Of a stretch of 64,000 nt of DNA, positions 1 to 12,727 are shown in pieces. The notes under the pieces were generated by a model that was given only the letters and a program-made list of their open reading frames with translations, was not told the origin of the DNA and did not search any database. Positions within the stretch are counted from its first letter, which is position 1; each line of letters starts with the position of its first letter. Source of the stretch: Lytechinus pictus (taxonomy: Eukaryota); assembly GCF_037042905.1 (NCBI RefSeq), contig NC_087251.1, positions 20,400,001-20,464,000 of the forward strand. The letters are read 5' to 3'. The translations under genes were made by a program, and so were the position numbers.

Positions 1-2774
1 AACACGACCAGGCTGCCGATGATTAAGAAATATGAAGAACGGGAAGAAATTGAGCATATTATAAGCTTGCTAAATTTTATGCAATAATGATCGCAATCAG
101 GCCAAAAAAATCCTTAGCCAAGGGCTAGTTCTATACCCCCATGTCGATTTAACCTATAAGTAAAGCTTTACGCCTGCTAGATTTACCGTACAAAGCCTCT
201 CAATGTTTACTTTGGCTAAATTTTCAAAGATCACATAATTAGAATTTAATTTCAAAATCTTTTTATAAAAGGCCAAATTTTTCTGGCTCGCTTCGCTCGC
301 TGGTGACATTTTACAGATTTTACCACATTTGCTATGTTGTGCTGCGTCAAAATATTTCGTGTATTATCCGCAACTGCTTTGAAGTTATGTGTTGTGTATA
401 CCCGCGGTTTGATAATAAAGTGGCCATCTGCAATGTTTAAAAATATCGCGAGGTTCCGGGGGCTCCGTCCCGGACCAGTGACGATACCAAGGGGGAGGCA
501 CGGGGGCATTTGCCCCAATGAGTTAGCCCCCACTTCTCCCCCCCCCCGAAATTTTGAAAAATAAAAAAAGATTTGTAGTTAATATTGTCATAAGTATCCT
601 AATAAATCTGCAAAGTGCTCCAAAACAGCTTTTCGTTCTTTAAATTTTGAAAAAAAATTCATTCACTGTTAGCTCCCAACAATGCATGTCAACATAAATC
701 TGTCAGGTCATTATATGAAATTCAAAATTTCGCTCGCGCTACGCGCTCGGAGTAATTGTTGACTGAGATAAGTATATTATTTGTTCACACAAGGGCATAA
801 AAATCCAGAGTTCAAATCAATATGCTCTCGCGATTAGAGTTTTCATTATTCGTTTTATACGAGATACACATCCGGCGTATTCATAAGTTTCATAAATCAA
901 CAATTTTCATCTCGCGCTACGCGCTCACATCAATTGTTCAGTTAGATAGCCATCCAGTTCATGATAAAAGTGCTTAGAACGTCCAGTTATCGTCTCAGGA
1001 TATAGAAAAAATTTCAGCTCGCGCTTCGCGCTCGCATTATTTATTTGGTGAGATATAATCTGCATGATCCAATTCAAACAGCTGGTCATTAACAGGTCCC
1101 TTTTCAAGTCAGTAGTGCCTACATTGAAAAAAATAACTCAGGCTTCTCGCTCAAATTTTTGAAATGGGCAAAAAAAATTAGTGTTGCCATCCCCCCAAAT
1201 GTTATTTTGCCTCCCCTAGGTTAAAAATCCTGGTGCCGCCACTGCGCTGGACCAAATCCGCATAGCACTGGCCAAGACCAAAAAAAGAAAAAAGGAATGG
1301 AAAGGAAGATTTAAGATTTGATGTTTTCTGAATAACTTGTCAAAATCAATCTCAGAGTTACATTCTCATGAAAAGGTGATTTTTTTTCTCGCTCGCTTCG
1401 CTCGCTCGGGACTTGTATTAAGCAACTTTTTTGCCGCGCGCGTCACGCTTTTCCCCCTCTTTTTTGTACTTATCACGCATTGAGCTGCTTCGCCCTAATG
1501 CTTGGGCACAATCATAAAATATCTTGTTCATACCATGATATGACCGGGACATTTTTGGCTCTTGCCCCCCCCCCCCTGGCCACCGACCACTGTTACGCCG
1601 CTGAACTTAAAACAATCATTTTTCACAATAATTTTGTTACCGTTATGATATATCAAGAGATTCTATAAAAGCCCTAAATTACATTTGGAGCAAAATTGAA
1701 CATAATGGTTGGTCCCATTAAATAGAATTGAATAACAATTGTATTAAAGCGGTCCCAATAGTGACTGAATGACTAAATACTGTGTTACTGTAATTATCAT
1801 TGAAACATTTCATCTATGTTTGTCTTCAGACAAGTTATCAGATCTGTCAAATTTCTTTGATTCTGATTGACTGAAAAGCATTGTTACTATGGTAAATGTC
1901 AGATAAAACAGGACTTGCATAAAACAAGCCCTATATCATGAAACGCTTCGTAGTCCCACTTTGCAGCTGTTACCCCGGCTCATTCTTACAGCAAAACTAC
2001 CGCCAAACATTATGCGTTTTCTTTTTCAAATTCATGCACCGAGAAATAATATCATATCTTCTATCGCCATCCATCTTTGAAAAATTAGATTCTTTTCGTT
2101 TTCTTTGCTCGACTTTCGGAATCTCTGACGACTATGTTATCTTTAATCATTATTTTTTTTCTTCCTCCAATCGATCAACCTTTGCCAAGCATTAGAAAGC
2201 GTTTGCTTACATGAATAGATGAGACGAATCCCCTGATACTAAGGACACAGCGTCCACTTACCCAGTGAAAACAAATTTGACAAATAATACTTGGCTGTTT
2301 ATAGATAAAGAAAATACAATATTCCCTTGACTTCTGGTAAATCTCCACCGAATTTGGGGCATTGTTCCAGTCTACGATTACTACACTACATTACGGTAAA
2401 AAAAAAAACGTATTTTCGAGGAATTACTGTTCTTTATATATATTTTTTTTTTCTTCTTTATTTTGTATTTTGTTATATTCATTTATATTCTTCTTTTTTA
2501 TATAATAGTATCTGATGTGCGATCACCAAAAACTAATGATAACTTCACTTTGGTAAGACTGAAATGTCAAATATAATCCACATCATCGAACGTTTACCAA
2601 AGCTTGAGACATCCTCTACAAAAAAAAATACGAAGAAAGGAATTGTATACCAACAATATTGGATACTGAGTTCATTGAAATTGGTTATCATATGAAGTGC
2701 GATATTCTACCTTAGATCGCTAAGCTCCCTTGTTATGGTGGGAGCAGAGAGAGTTAAATAATAATACGAAATGT

Positions 2775-5700
2775 AAATTCAACCTCAGAAAAACAGCCAG
2801 TAAATCAAAAATGGTTTATATTAACGAAAGTCTGACACAATACCGATCGAAACTCTACTGGAAAGTGAAGAGGGGTCTAGAAAGCAAAGACTTCAAACTT
2901 TGGACACAGGACGGAAGAATTATAGTCAAGAAACCAAACGGCGAAAAGATCACTATTGTGAGAGAAAGAGACTTGGTGAGATTGAAACTAAAGGCATAAC
3001 TGAACTCAGAACTAAATTGTATCGATATCTTTCATGAGTTTATTTATCTGATTGTCGTTGGTGTGGTGATTCGTCTTGAATATTTATACTTTTCGTCATT
3101 CTGTTAACGCTTTTAATACATGTTTGATGTTTGTTTTCGTTACTTCGATTTATGCCGGTAAAGTTTCCATGTACATGTTGTAAAAAACCGGTAAAGTATA
3201 ATCAGAAAGCATTGCTCTGTACAGGTTGTAGAAGATTGATTCATATTGTATGCGCTGGAATAAATCACGCTCAGTACGATAACAAAAACGAACGTTTTGA
3301 AAATTGGAGGTGTTCTAGGTGTATTTTTGAAGAATTGCCATTCTTCGATGATTTGAAATCTCCTGAAACTACTGTTACAAATTTAGACAAAACCATAGAG
3401 CATTGCAATGGTTTTACGTTGCCTGAAAATGAAGCTATTCACTTTAACAGTAAAAACAACAAGGGTCTAACAGTTGTACATCTTAACATTCGAAGTGCAA
3501 GAAATAAGATCGAGGAAGTAGATAACTATTTGAAGAAAAATTCAGTCGATATGTTTACACTTTCCGAAACATGGATAGATGATTCCATTAATTCGAGTAC
3601 TATAGATATTTCAGGCTATATGCTTGAGAGGAGAGATAGAGATAAACATGGCGGTGGAGTAGCCTGTTATATAAGGAAAAACATACCATATATAAGACGT
3701 AAAGATCTCGAAAATACTGACATAGAAATATTGTGGTTGGAAGTCAAAGTAAAAAATCAGACTCCATTTTTCGTTGGTACGATTTATCGAAAACCAGATT
3801 CCCCTTATTCATCCTTTTTCGATTGTTTGGAATCTAATTTAGAACAGGTTTTCTCTTATTCTAACAATATTGTCATCGGTGGAGATTTAAACTGCAACAT
3901 GCTTTAAAAAAACTCTTTGTCAAACAAGGTCATTGAACTGTGTTCAATTTTTCACTTAACTCAACTTATTCAGGAGCCAACTAGAATAACCCCCTATAGT
4001 ACCACATTAATTGATGTTATTTGTGTGTCAGATTCAATGGTGGAGATCACAAAGAAATCTGGAACAGAATCTGTTGGATTTAGTGACCACTCCCTCGTCT
4101 ATTTAATTATTATGTATAATCTGCCAAAATCCCAGCCTGAAATCTTTTCTTTCAGGTCTTTCAGACACTTTGTTGAAGAAGATTTTCTGAAATACCTTTC
4201 AAATGTTCAGTGGAAAAGTCTTATCACTGAGAGTGATGATGTAGATACTAGCTTGGCCAAGTTTAAAGAAATCTTTTCTTCTTTGTCTCTGTTCGTAAAA
4301 AGCTGCGTGGTGCCCCATGGATTACAAATAGATATCTCGCCATAGCCAGAGACCGTGATTATTATAAGAAAAAGTTTATTCAACTGAAGAAAAAATCGAC
4401 TAAGAATGTTCAAACGTGTCAAACAGAGGAAGGGCATATAAATGAAGTTTGGGAAAAATACAAATATCTCAGAATTAAAGCAAATAATTTGAATAAGAAA
4501 CTAAAGAATCAATATTTTTATTCTAAATTGCAACGATGTGGCAACAACATGCAGAACTCATGGAAAGTATTGAAAGGCTTACTTCCAAAGAAAAAGGCCA
4601 CAATCAAATCGAATATTAAAATAGGCACTGATATGATTTCAGATAAATCGCAAAAGCATTCAATGAAATGTTTGTCAACGTTGGAAATTGTATTTCTCGT
4701 TCCGGACACAAGAATTTTAATTCCCTGAATACGTTGTCCCAAGCAAATTCTACTTTTAAGTTTGAAGAAATCAAGACGGAATTTGTTAAAAAAGAATTGC
4801 AAAAAATAGATGTTAATAAAGCCGCTGGTTTAGATGACTTGCATCCTAAGCTACTGAAATCCGCAGCTGTGTGCATTGCGGAACCACTCACACATATTTT
4901 AAACAAATCTTTAAATTCGGGATGTTTCCCGAGCGACTTTAAAAAGGCTAAGATTGTTCCTGTACCGAAAGGTGGTGATTCAGGTGTATTAAACGACTTT
5001 CGTCCAATATCATTGTTATCTTGTGTATCTAAGATTCTCGAAAGGGCGGTGCACATGCAGCTTTACGAATACTTACAAAAATGTGAATTACTGTCACCAT
5101 GGACCTATTAAGATGGACGATTAACGCGAGCATTTCTTTGACCCAATGATAGTCACCGTCACCTGGTTATGCGCATCTTAATGAGAACATACAGGTGTTG
5201 TAACAATAGCAATTACCATGACTACCAAGGGTATCTGATCACTCAAAGACGGAACAGTTTCCCGGTCTTGACTTTTGTTGGCTGATCCCCCGTTTCAGTA
5301 TGTGCCTTTCAGCCAATTTGCTTCATATATGGATCAGCAAACTTGAGAAGCAGACGATTTTTATGATATAAAATATGATATTATTCGATCCGCTAACTAC
5401 CGCTCACACATAAGGACCTCAATAACATTGAAAGATACACGATCTACACATGTTATGTGCCACGTATATCTGGAATATTATGGAGAAACTTGGGAAAATT
5501 GAATTTTAAATGGTAAACAATCAATCACAATATTGCCTCTATATCAAAATATGCAGACATTTCCCCAAATAAAACACATGGAACTAAGATTAACAAAGGT
5601 AAACAAAAACTGCACATCGATTATCCATTATTTCATTGATTTTCTATCAACTGCGCATATAATTTGTGAAATATAAATGTCCAATAACGAACTAATTCAG

Positions 5701-6260
5701 TCCCTTCTCACGGTGACGATCATAGGACCAAAGAAGACTAGTATGAAGAGAATGTTATTCAGATAACAATTACCGTCACCTGTTAGTGAATTCATTATCT
5801 AAGCGATGAATGTCCATCTCTTCATAGGTCCATGCTGTCACACAGGCAATCAGGCTTTCACCCTAAGCATTCAACAGCCACATGTTTAGTTGAAATTACT
5901 GACTTTCTGTTAAACAATCTTGATTCTGGTCTTATAACAGGGTCAACTTTTCTAGATTTAAAAAAGGCCTTTGATATTATATCGCATGAAATTCTCTTAT
6001 CAAAATTGCCTTTTTATGGTATAAAAACGTCTGAATTAGAATGGTTTGCTTCTTACCTTTGTAAAAGACAGCAATGCGTTTCTTTCCAAGGTGCCCTGAG
6101 TGATTTTGAGAATGTTTCTTCTGGAGTCCCACAAGGGTCCATTCTGGGGCCCTTACTTTTTTGTCTATCCGTAAATGATATGTGTAATTTACAATTTGAA
6201 AATGAAACAAAAATTGCCCTCTACGCCGATGACACGGCATTGTTTTGCAACTAACAAAGA
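2775..6260 (+). mobile_element. Decayed CR1/L2-group non-LTR retrotransposon (ORF1 C-terminus; ORF2 = PHD finger + AP endonuclease + RT), 3' truncated, interrupted by a MITE
   Basis: ORF1 C-terminal motif YINESLT...LWTQDGRIIVK (ORF 2730-2999). PHD-like CTCC..CTGC..H..C..CSRC followed by endonuclease motifs HLNIRS, LSETW, GGGVACY, GDLN, SDH (3131-4345; in-frame TAA at 3905). RT motifs KAAGLD, FRPISLL, QSGF, DLKKAFD, GVPQGSILGP, YADDT (4668-6254). Frameshifts between segments. Confidence 0.93.
5098..5834. mobile_element. 737-bp non-autonomous DNA transposon (P-element-like termini) inserted in the LINE RT
   Basis: TIRs CATGGACCTATTAAGATGGAC / revcomp CATGGACCTATGAAGAGATGGAC. 7-bp TSD CTGTCAC at 5091-5097 and 5835-5841. 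Removing it restores the RT frame CELLSHRQSGF. Confidence 0.9.
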
Positions 6261-6300
6261 TTTTGAGAATTTGTTAACGAAACGCTTGTGTTATGAATGT

Positions 6301-6594
6301 GGAGCGTTGTGGCCCAGTGGATTAGTCTGCGGACTTTGAAACAGAGGGTCGTGGGTTCGAATCCCAGCCATGGCGTAATTTCCTTAGGCAAGAAATTAAT
6401 CCACATTTTGCTGCGCTCGACCCAGGTGAGGTGAATGGGTACCTGGTAGGATTTATTCCTTGAACGTATTAGCGCCTATTAATATGGCGGCTCAGCTACA
6501 GCCGGGTTATTATGATACCAAGTATGAAAGCGCAGTTGAGTACTATGCACATAGTAACTGCGCTATATAAATGGACATATTATTATTATTATTA
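6301..6594 (+). mobile_element. tRNA-derived SINE
   Basis: A box TGGCCCAGTGG (6310-6320), B box GGTTCGAATCC (6354-6364), 3' GCGCTATATAAA followed by an (ATT)n tail. Confidence 0.88.
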
Positions 6595-7489
6595 TAAATG
6601 TACTAGTATACTGGGCATGAAACTGAAATGAAAAAATATATAATATAGACTCTTAATTTCATGCGACTTGCATAAAGTTGCATCAGTTTAGTTTAATGGT
6701 GAAATTCATAATCCTTCTACAGTGTACGATGCCCTTAATGAAGCTCCCATCTCTTATACAATTTCGATAATAACTTGACTGAAAGCCTGATTTGTAGATT
6801 TGTCCAGAATGTCCAATTCCACTTGGGACGTTCTGCCACTTGAAAATATACAGTTTATATTGTTCGTTTTTCCATGTTGCATCATCAATAAAATCATTCG
6901 CTATTTTTTTTTCAGTTGGAGTCGCACGGAGTTGCATAGTTTTATCATTCTAAAACGTGATGAATGAATAAACTTCCTTCTTCGAATATACAACCATTGT
7001 AATCATTCTGAAAGCAAAATCATGTGATATTTAAATTTGGTTCTCTGTTGTTTACATGTGCTCGCATCTTTAATAGCTCCATCCATTTACGGATTTGCTT
7101 AATAAAGCAGAAAAGAGGAAAGAAATATGAATAAAAACGGAAGAACCGGTTTGTTCCAGTATTCTTCAAGAACATTTTGCATATATATGGCATTGAACTT
7201 CGCGGACGGTCATTATCTCAAAAGCTATTCAATCTGTGATCATCAACATGAAAAGCGACCTAAAATTACCCACTAGCGTAAGTTTCTTTAGGATGAGTTC
7301 AGTATTCATGAAAATATTAACAAAAGTTCGGCAAATTTGTCACCGTTAGCGCAAGCTCCTAAAAAAAGTCTGAAATCCTCAACAAGCATCACGATATCAT
7401 CATTTTGCAAACAGATAGAAGCAAAAAAATGTGAGTAAAACGTAGTGCTGACCGATTCTCTAGCATTTTGGCGTTCATCTGATATAAAT

Positions 7490-10400
7490 ATTTTACCTTT
7501 TGAGCATGATTTTTTCTATTCAGAGGTAAATGAAAGGGACTCGCCTGGCGAGTGAAGTGCTTATGAATTGTATCATTTTTTTACAAACATATTATTAAAA
7601 GGTAACGGTAATTGTTTATTGATAAACTTGTACATTAACTGTCCTAGTTGAAAAGAATATAAATCTTTAACCTTCAAGACTTTATTTTTCAAAAACAGAA
7701 TATTTGTATGTGCCCAGAATTCTGCATGACTAATAATACGAATCACTCTTTTTTGTAATATAAAAAGTCTATTAATTTGAGAATTCGCTGCGTTACCCCA
7801 TGCAACAACTCCGTAATTCAGATAAGGTAAAATTAACGTTGAATATAATGATAACAAAATATAATGGGCTAAGAAGTGACTTAATTTTCTAATGACACCA
7901 ATGTTGCGAGCAATGATTTTACAAATATTATCAATATGTGTTTTCCAAGAAAGTTTTTCGTCAATGATCAGTCCCCAAAATTTAGTAGATCGCACTCTTT
8001 GAATAACAGTATCATTTAAAATAGTACATCTTTTGGTACAGTCGTAATCTTGTTGCTAAATAGCATGTAGCTAGTTTTTTCTAGGTTAAGAGAGAGTTTG
8101 TTAGCTGTTATCCAACTAGAAACATTTTTAAGTTCGTCATTGAATATTTGCGTCAATTGCTCTGGGTCGGGGAGCGACAAAAATATATTAGAGTCATCAG
8201 CGAAAAGTATAAATTGAAGCAATCTAGATGACATATCAATATCATTTATATAAGTAATGAACAAAAGTGGGCCAAGAATGCTGCCCTGTGGAACTCCACA
8301 AAGGACAGGTTTACGTTCAGAAATATTACCATCAAGTGAAACGAACTGTGACCGCCCGGTTCGATAATTCTTGAACCACTTTAGTGGTCCCCTCTAATTC
8401 CGTAATGAGAAAGTTTATAAAGGAGAATGTTATGATCAACTGTATCGAATGCTTTTGAAAAATCTAAGAACAAACCACTCGTATTCAAAGACTTGTCATA
8501 AGCTTTGGCAACTGTTTGAACTAAAGAAAGTATTGCATGGGAAGTGCTACTCTTTTCCCGGAAACCAAATTGAGTATCGGATAGGATGTTGTGCTTTAAA
8601 AAAAATATATGGTTCGTATGTGAACCAATTTTTCAAGAATTTTAGATCAGTTTGTAAGCAATGAAATGGGTCTTGCTAAATAACTATCACTCTTTTTGAA
8701 GACTGGTATTATCTTAGAAATTTTCATTGATTTTGGAAAATTTCCCAATGATAATGACAAATTGAATATATAAATAAGAGGGTCAATTGTATAATTCATA
8801 GTTTTCTGTAAAAGGTTGTTATCAATGTTATCAAATCCTGCACTTTTATTTAATTTTAGGCTAGATATAATTTTAATTATCTCCTGAGCGTTCGTATGAG
8901 AGAAAAACATAGAACTTTGATTTCTATCCCCCTGATATTGATGAAATGAATGGGAATTTGTTGGTATACTTCTAGAGAGCTCAAATCTAACTTGTGATAA
9001 ATAAGTAATGAAAATATTTGCCATCTGAACTTTATCTTCAATAATAGAATCATTATGCATAAGATTAGTTATCTTTAAAAACTTTGGTCCATTATTGATG
9101 GTAGAATTGATCAATTTCCATGTTTTTTTAAGATCATTCTTGCATTGATTAAATTGATCATGGTAATATGCCTTTTTAGCAGTACGGATGACCCCTGTAA
9201 GTTTATTCTTATAATTAGTATATTGGCTCCGAGTATTCTCAGTTAGTCTTGATAAAATATTTATAGTATAATCGATTTTTTTTTATTTATCGAACGAAGA
9301 ATTGAATTCGTTATCCAAGGTAATCTGGGTGATCTTTTATAATTTTTGGACTTGGGCTTTGCAAAAGGGATACATTTATTAACATGACTCATGAAGATAT
9401 CAATAAATGTTTCGTAGGACTCGTCAACACATTCTGTACTAAATACATCATCCCAAGTTTCTTCTTCTAAACTCTGTTTCAAACGAGATATATTTATATC
9501 ACTATATACACGCCTCTTAGGTACATAATCGGGAAAGTTGTTTGGCTGATATTGATTAGAACAATACATGAAAATTGGGAAATGATCAGAAATGTCTGAG
9601 ATAATTATACCAGCTTTAAATTCTGAACGTATATTGGAGAAAAAAATTGTCAATCAGAGTTGCGGAAGTATTAGTGATTCAAGTGGGTTTAGAAAAAAGT
9701 GGCAAAAAGGAGGCAGAAAGGAATGTCTCTAAAAAGTCATTTGAAAAAATATTAGTATCACTCGCTAACAGGTCATAGTTAAAGTCTCCCATTATGATAC
9801 ATCTTTAGTTTTGAACAGAATGATAATGTAGTAAATTATTTAAAGTGTCTAGAAAATCAGCACTATTGCTGTGAGGAGGCTTATAAACAACTCCCAATAC
9901 AGTTTTTCTGTTATCACGATCACTAATTTCAATAAATAAAGTTTCTGTAGTTTCATTCATTAAATTCATTCAATAATAACATACTCAAATTGACTCGGCA
10001 CAAAAATTGCAACACCACGACCAATTTTATCAACACGATTATTTGTAAGTATATCATAACCTGGGAGTGCATTTATATTAATATATTTATCTGACAGCCA
10101 TGCATGTATCAGTTAAACCTATTACTGTATTTTGGGGAACACCTGAGTTATCTAAAAATAAACGAAATTGTTCAAAATTCTTGTTAAGGCTTCTGATATT
10201 AAGATGCAAAATAGACAAGCAGGAAGAAGGTAAACCTTTGAAAATGTTTTTGGCTGAAGCCTGAGTGTATTAGTTTGAGGATATGACACTCGAAGTCCCA
10301 TCATTTGGATCTAAATCAATTGTTAGTTCATCATTATTAGCACCAATATAATTAATAACATCATTGGAATCATTGGAAATGTTCGTAATCATATCAAAGT

Positions 10401-11153
10401 CAATCATTATTTACATAAAACACCAGTTATATAAACATATATGCGTAAAAGAGTTTTACTGAATTTTGTTCAGATCCTCTTCTCGATGAATAGCAACGGG
10501 TGGAACATTCGGGCTCTTCCTCACCAGAATGGTGCCATTCATTGTCCATAAGAACTTGTATCCCGCCTTCTTTCTCTCGTCATTCACCTTCTTCAGGAGA
10601 GACTTCTTAGCTGGAGCTAGATTTTCGTTGAGGAACACCTTTCCTTCATCTCTTGAGAATCCCAGGTGACGGGTTGATGTTTCCCTCAGTTTTTTCCGGC
10701 CTGAGTATAGAGTATATCTCATCCTTCTGGTCGTGAATCTAACGATGATTGGTCCGGCTGGACCACCTTCTCTTCTCTGACCAAGTCGATGTGTCACATC
10801 AATGTCGTCGTTGGATACCTCTGGTGAAATTTTCTTCATGACGTGAAGGACATCCTCCCTCACATTCTCACCTTCCTTCTTAGGAACACCAGCCACTTCT
10901 AAGTTGATCCTTCTGTGATATTGATCCAAATCATTCACTTGGTGTTCAAGTGTCGTCATCTTTGCTTTCAGATCCTCATTTTCTTTCTTCATACTCATAG
11001 AAGCATTCTCACTACTCAGCCTTTTCACCTCGCAGGTGAGCTCATGACATGCTTTTTCCATTTCAGCAAAAAAAAAATTAAGAACATGTCGATAACGGTC
11101 TTTTTGCGGGAAGGCGACGTCCTCACCGTTTCCGGCAGTTTATGAGATGATAT
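7490..11153 (-). mobile_element. Decayed near full-length CR1/L2-group LINE (ORF1 + endonuclease + RT)
   Basis: ORF1 10456-11061 (coiled coil, DQYHRRINLEVAGVP, HRLG, IIVRF, FLNENL, FLWTMNGTILVRK). ORF2 fragments: ISDHFPIF, PWIT, KSAGFDNI, RPISLL, LFADDSN, LSLNLEKT, LQKRVIRII. Multiple frameshifts. Confidence 0.92.
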
Positions 11154-11360
11154 GGATTGATTTTTCTTAGGTCCTGGCATACTCTGTTTATCGATGACGT
11201 CACACTGACCCGACCTGATTTGGATGATATTAAAGGCCTTCTTGGCAAAATATCATCTCATAAACTGCCGGAAACGGTGAGGACGTCGCCTTCCCGCAAA
11301 AAGACCGTTATCGACATGTTCTTAATTTTTTTTTGCTGAAATGGAAAAAGCATGTCATGA
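11042..11360. repeat. ~112-bp near-perfect inverted duplication at the 5' end of the minus-strand LINE
   Basis: 11042-11153 is the reverse complement of 11250-11360, differing only in poly-A length; spacer ~96 bp. Confidence 0.9.
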
Positions 11361-12109
11361 AATTTTTTCCTGGTACCATTCTCGAACCTAAATGTGACGT
11401 CATTATGACGTAATAAGCAAAAACATTCCAACGTGCTTTACGCACATAGACGCGTCCTTATTCTGGAAATTGGGTCGCGCATTTCGTTCCCGGAGAGGCG
11501 TTTAGAGTGTTTTAAAATGAAATAAACAAATATCAATGAAACAAAAATCTTTCTTTGTCAGAAAGTTTCAGAATGAGGACAGAAAATAATACACTAGCTG
11601 CTAAAAGCACAAAAATATGGTCAAAACATAATTTGCGTCTTCTCGAAAATGTACATATTGCGCACGTGCGCGCTATATAGGTCCCTTCTTGCGGGAAGCC
11701 GACGAGGAATCGAAACAAATCTGAAAGGGCTTCCCCTCTTATATATATATATATATATATACATATTATGATTAAAACTGTTAAGAAAATCTATTAACTG
11801 AATACACACCGTTTTATATGTTCACAATGAGAAGTTTACTCCTGAAGATTTCATACGATCACTTCGCATCCTTAGTATACAAATAGTTCAAACATGGCAG
11901 GGGTAAGTGAGTACACATTGATATCATCCACATTTCTATTCTCGCCCTTCCCTATCATGACAAGAAATTCCCGTCCCTCGTTGGCTAAGTTATTTTCGCT
12001 TCTGAAAAACTCATGAATGCAAACAAATATGACATCCGGCTCTTGTAAAACACCCAAATCCGCGATGAATGATGCATGTACTGATGATAACATAAATGAT
12101 AACCCATTT

Positions 12110-12600
12110 TTAAAGGGGAAGTTCACCCAGACACAAGTTAATTGTAAAAATAGCAGAAAAAATATTTGAAAAAGTATTTCCGAAGGTTTTAGATAAATCC
12201 ATCAAAGAATTAAAAAGTTATTAGTATTTTAATTATTTGATTTGAGACGTTGTATTCGAGCAGAATTCCTACATAGCGTATGGTAAAAAAAAATAAATGA
12301 AGTGTCATTTTTTTCAGAAAATTGAAAATGATTTTTACTGTACCTTTTGTATATCAATAGAAATATCATTTCTCACCCGATCATGAAAAGAAAACCAAAA
12401 AAGTCATCAGAAACCATTCAAAATGAAATCCATGCAATTTGAAATTACATAACTTATGGAGCACCTGCCCGTTTATAACGCCACAAATCCAAAAACTTAA
12501 GATTCTAAAAACTTTCTAAATCTTTAACGGATTTTCCTCAAACCTCCACCAATAGTTTTAATCATTTTGATTTTGATTGATTTATATTTATTTTTCTTCT
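12110..12600. mobile_element. Probable Kolobok-type non-autonomous element fragment
   Basis: Begins TTAA|AGGGGAAGTTCACCC; internal text resembles the 58868-59458 element. Right end not found. Confidence 0.4.
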
Positions 12601-12727
12601 ACATAACAATAAAATATAACGTTAATATGAAAAATATATTTTGCCAATAAATCAGGCATATATCATTGAACATAAAATTTTAGCGTAAAGTCATACCGTG
12701 TTTACATAAAATTTTAGCGTAAAGTCA

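Noticed and set aside
280..1480. Recurrent GCTCGCTTCGCTCGC / CTCGCGCTACGCGCTC motifs
   Set aside because: Probably internal repeats of old non-autonomous DNA transposons; boundaries and TSDs could not be defined.
6301..6375. tRNA genes here and at ~29420-29492, ~36385-36460 and ~54400-54474
   Set aside because: A/B boxes continue into SINE bodies and simple-repeat tails; these are SINE heads.
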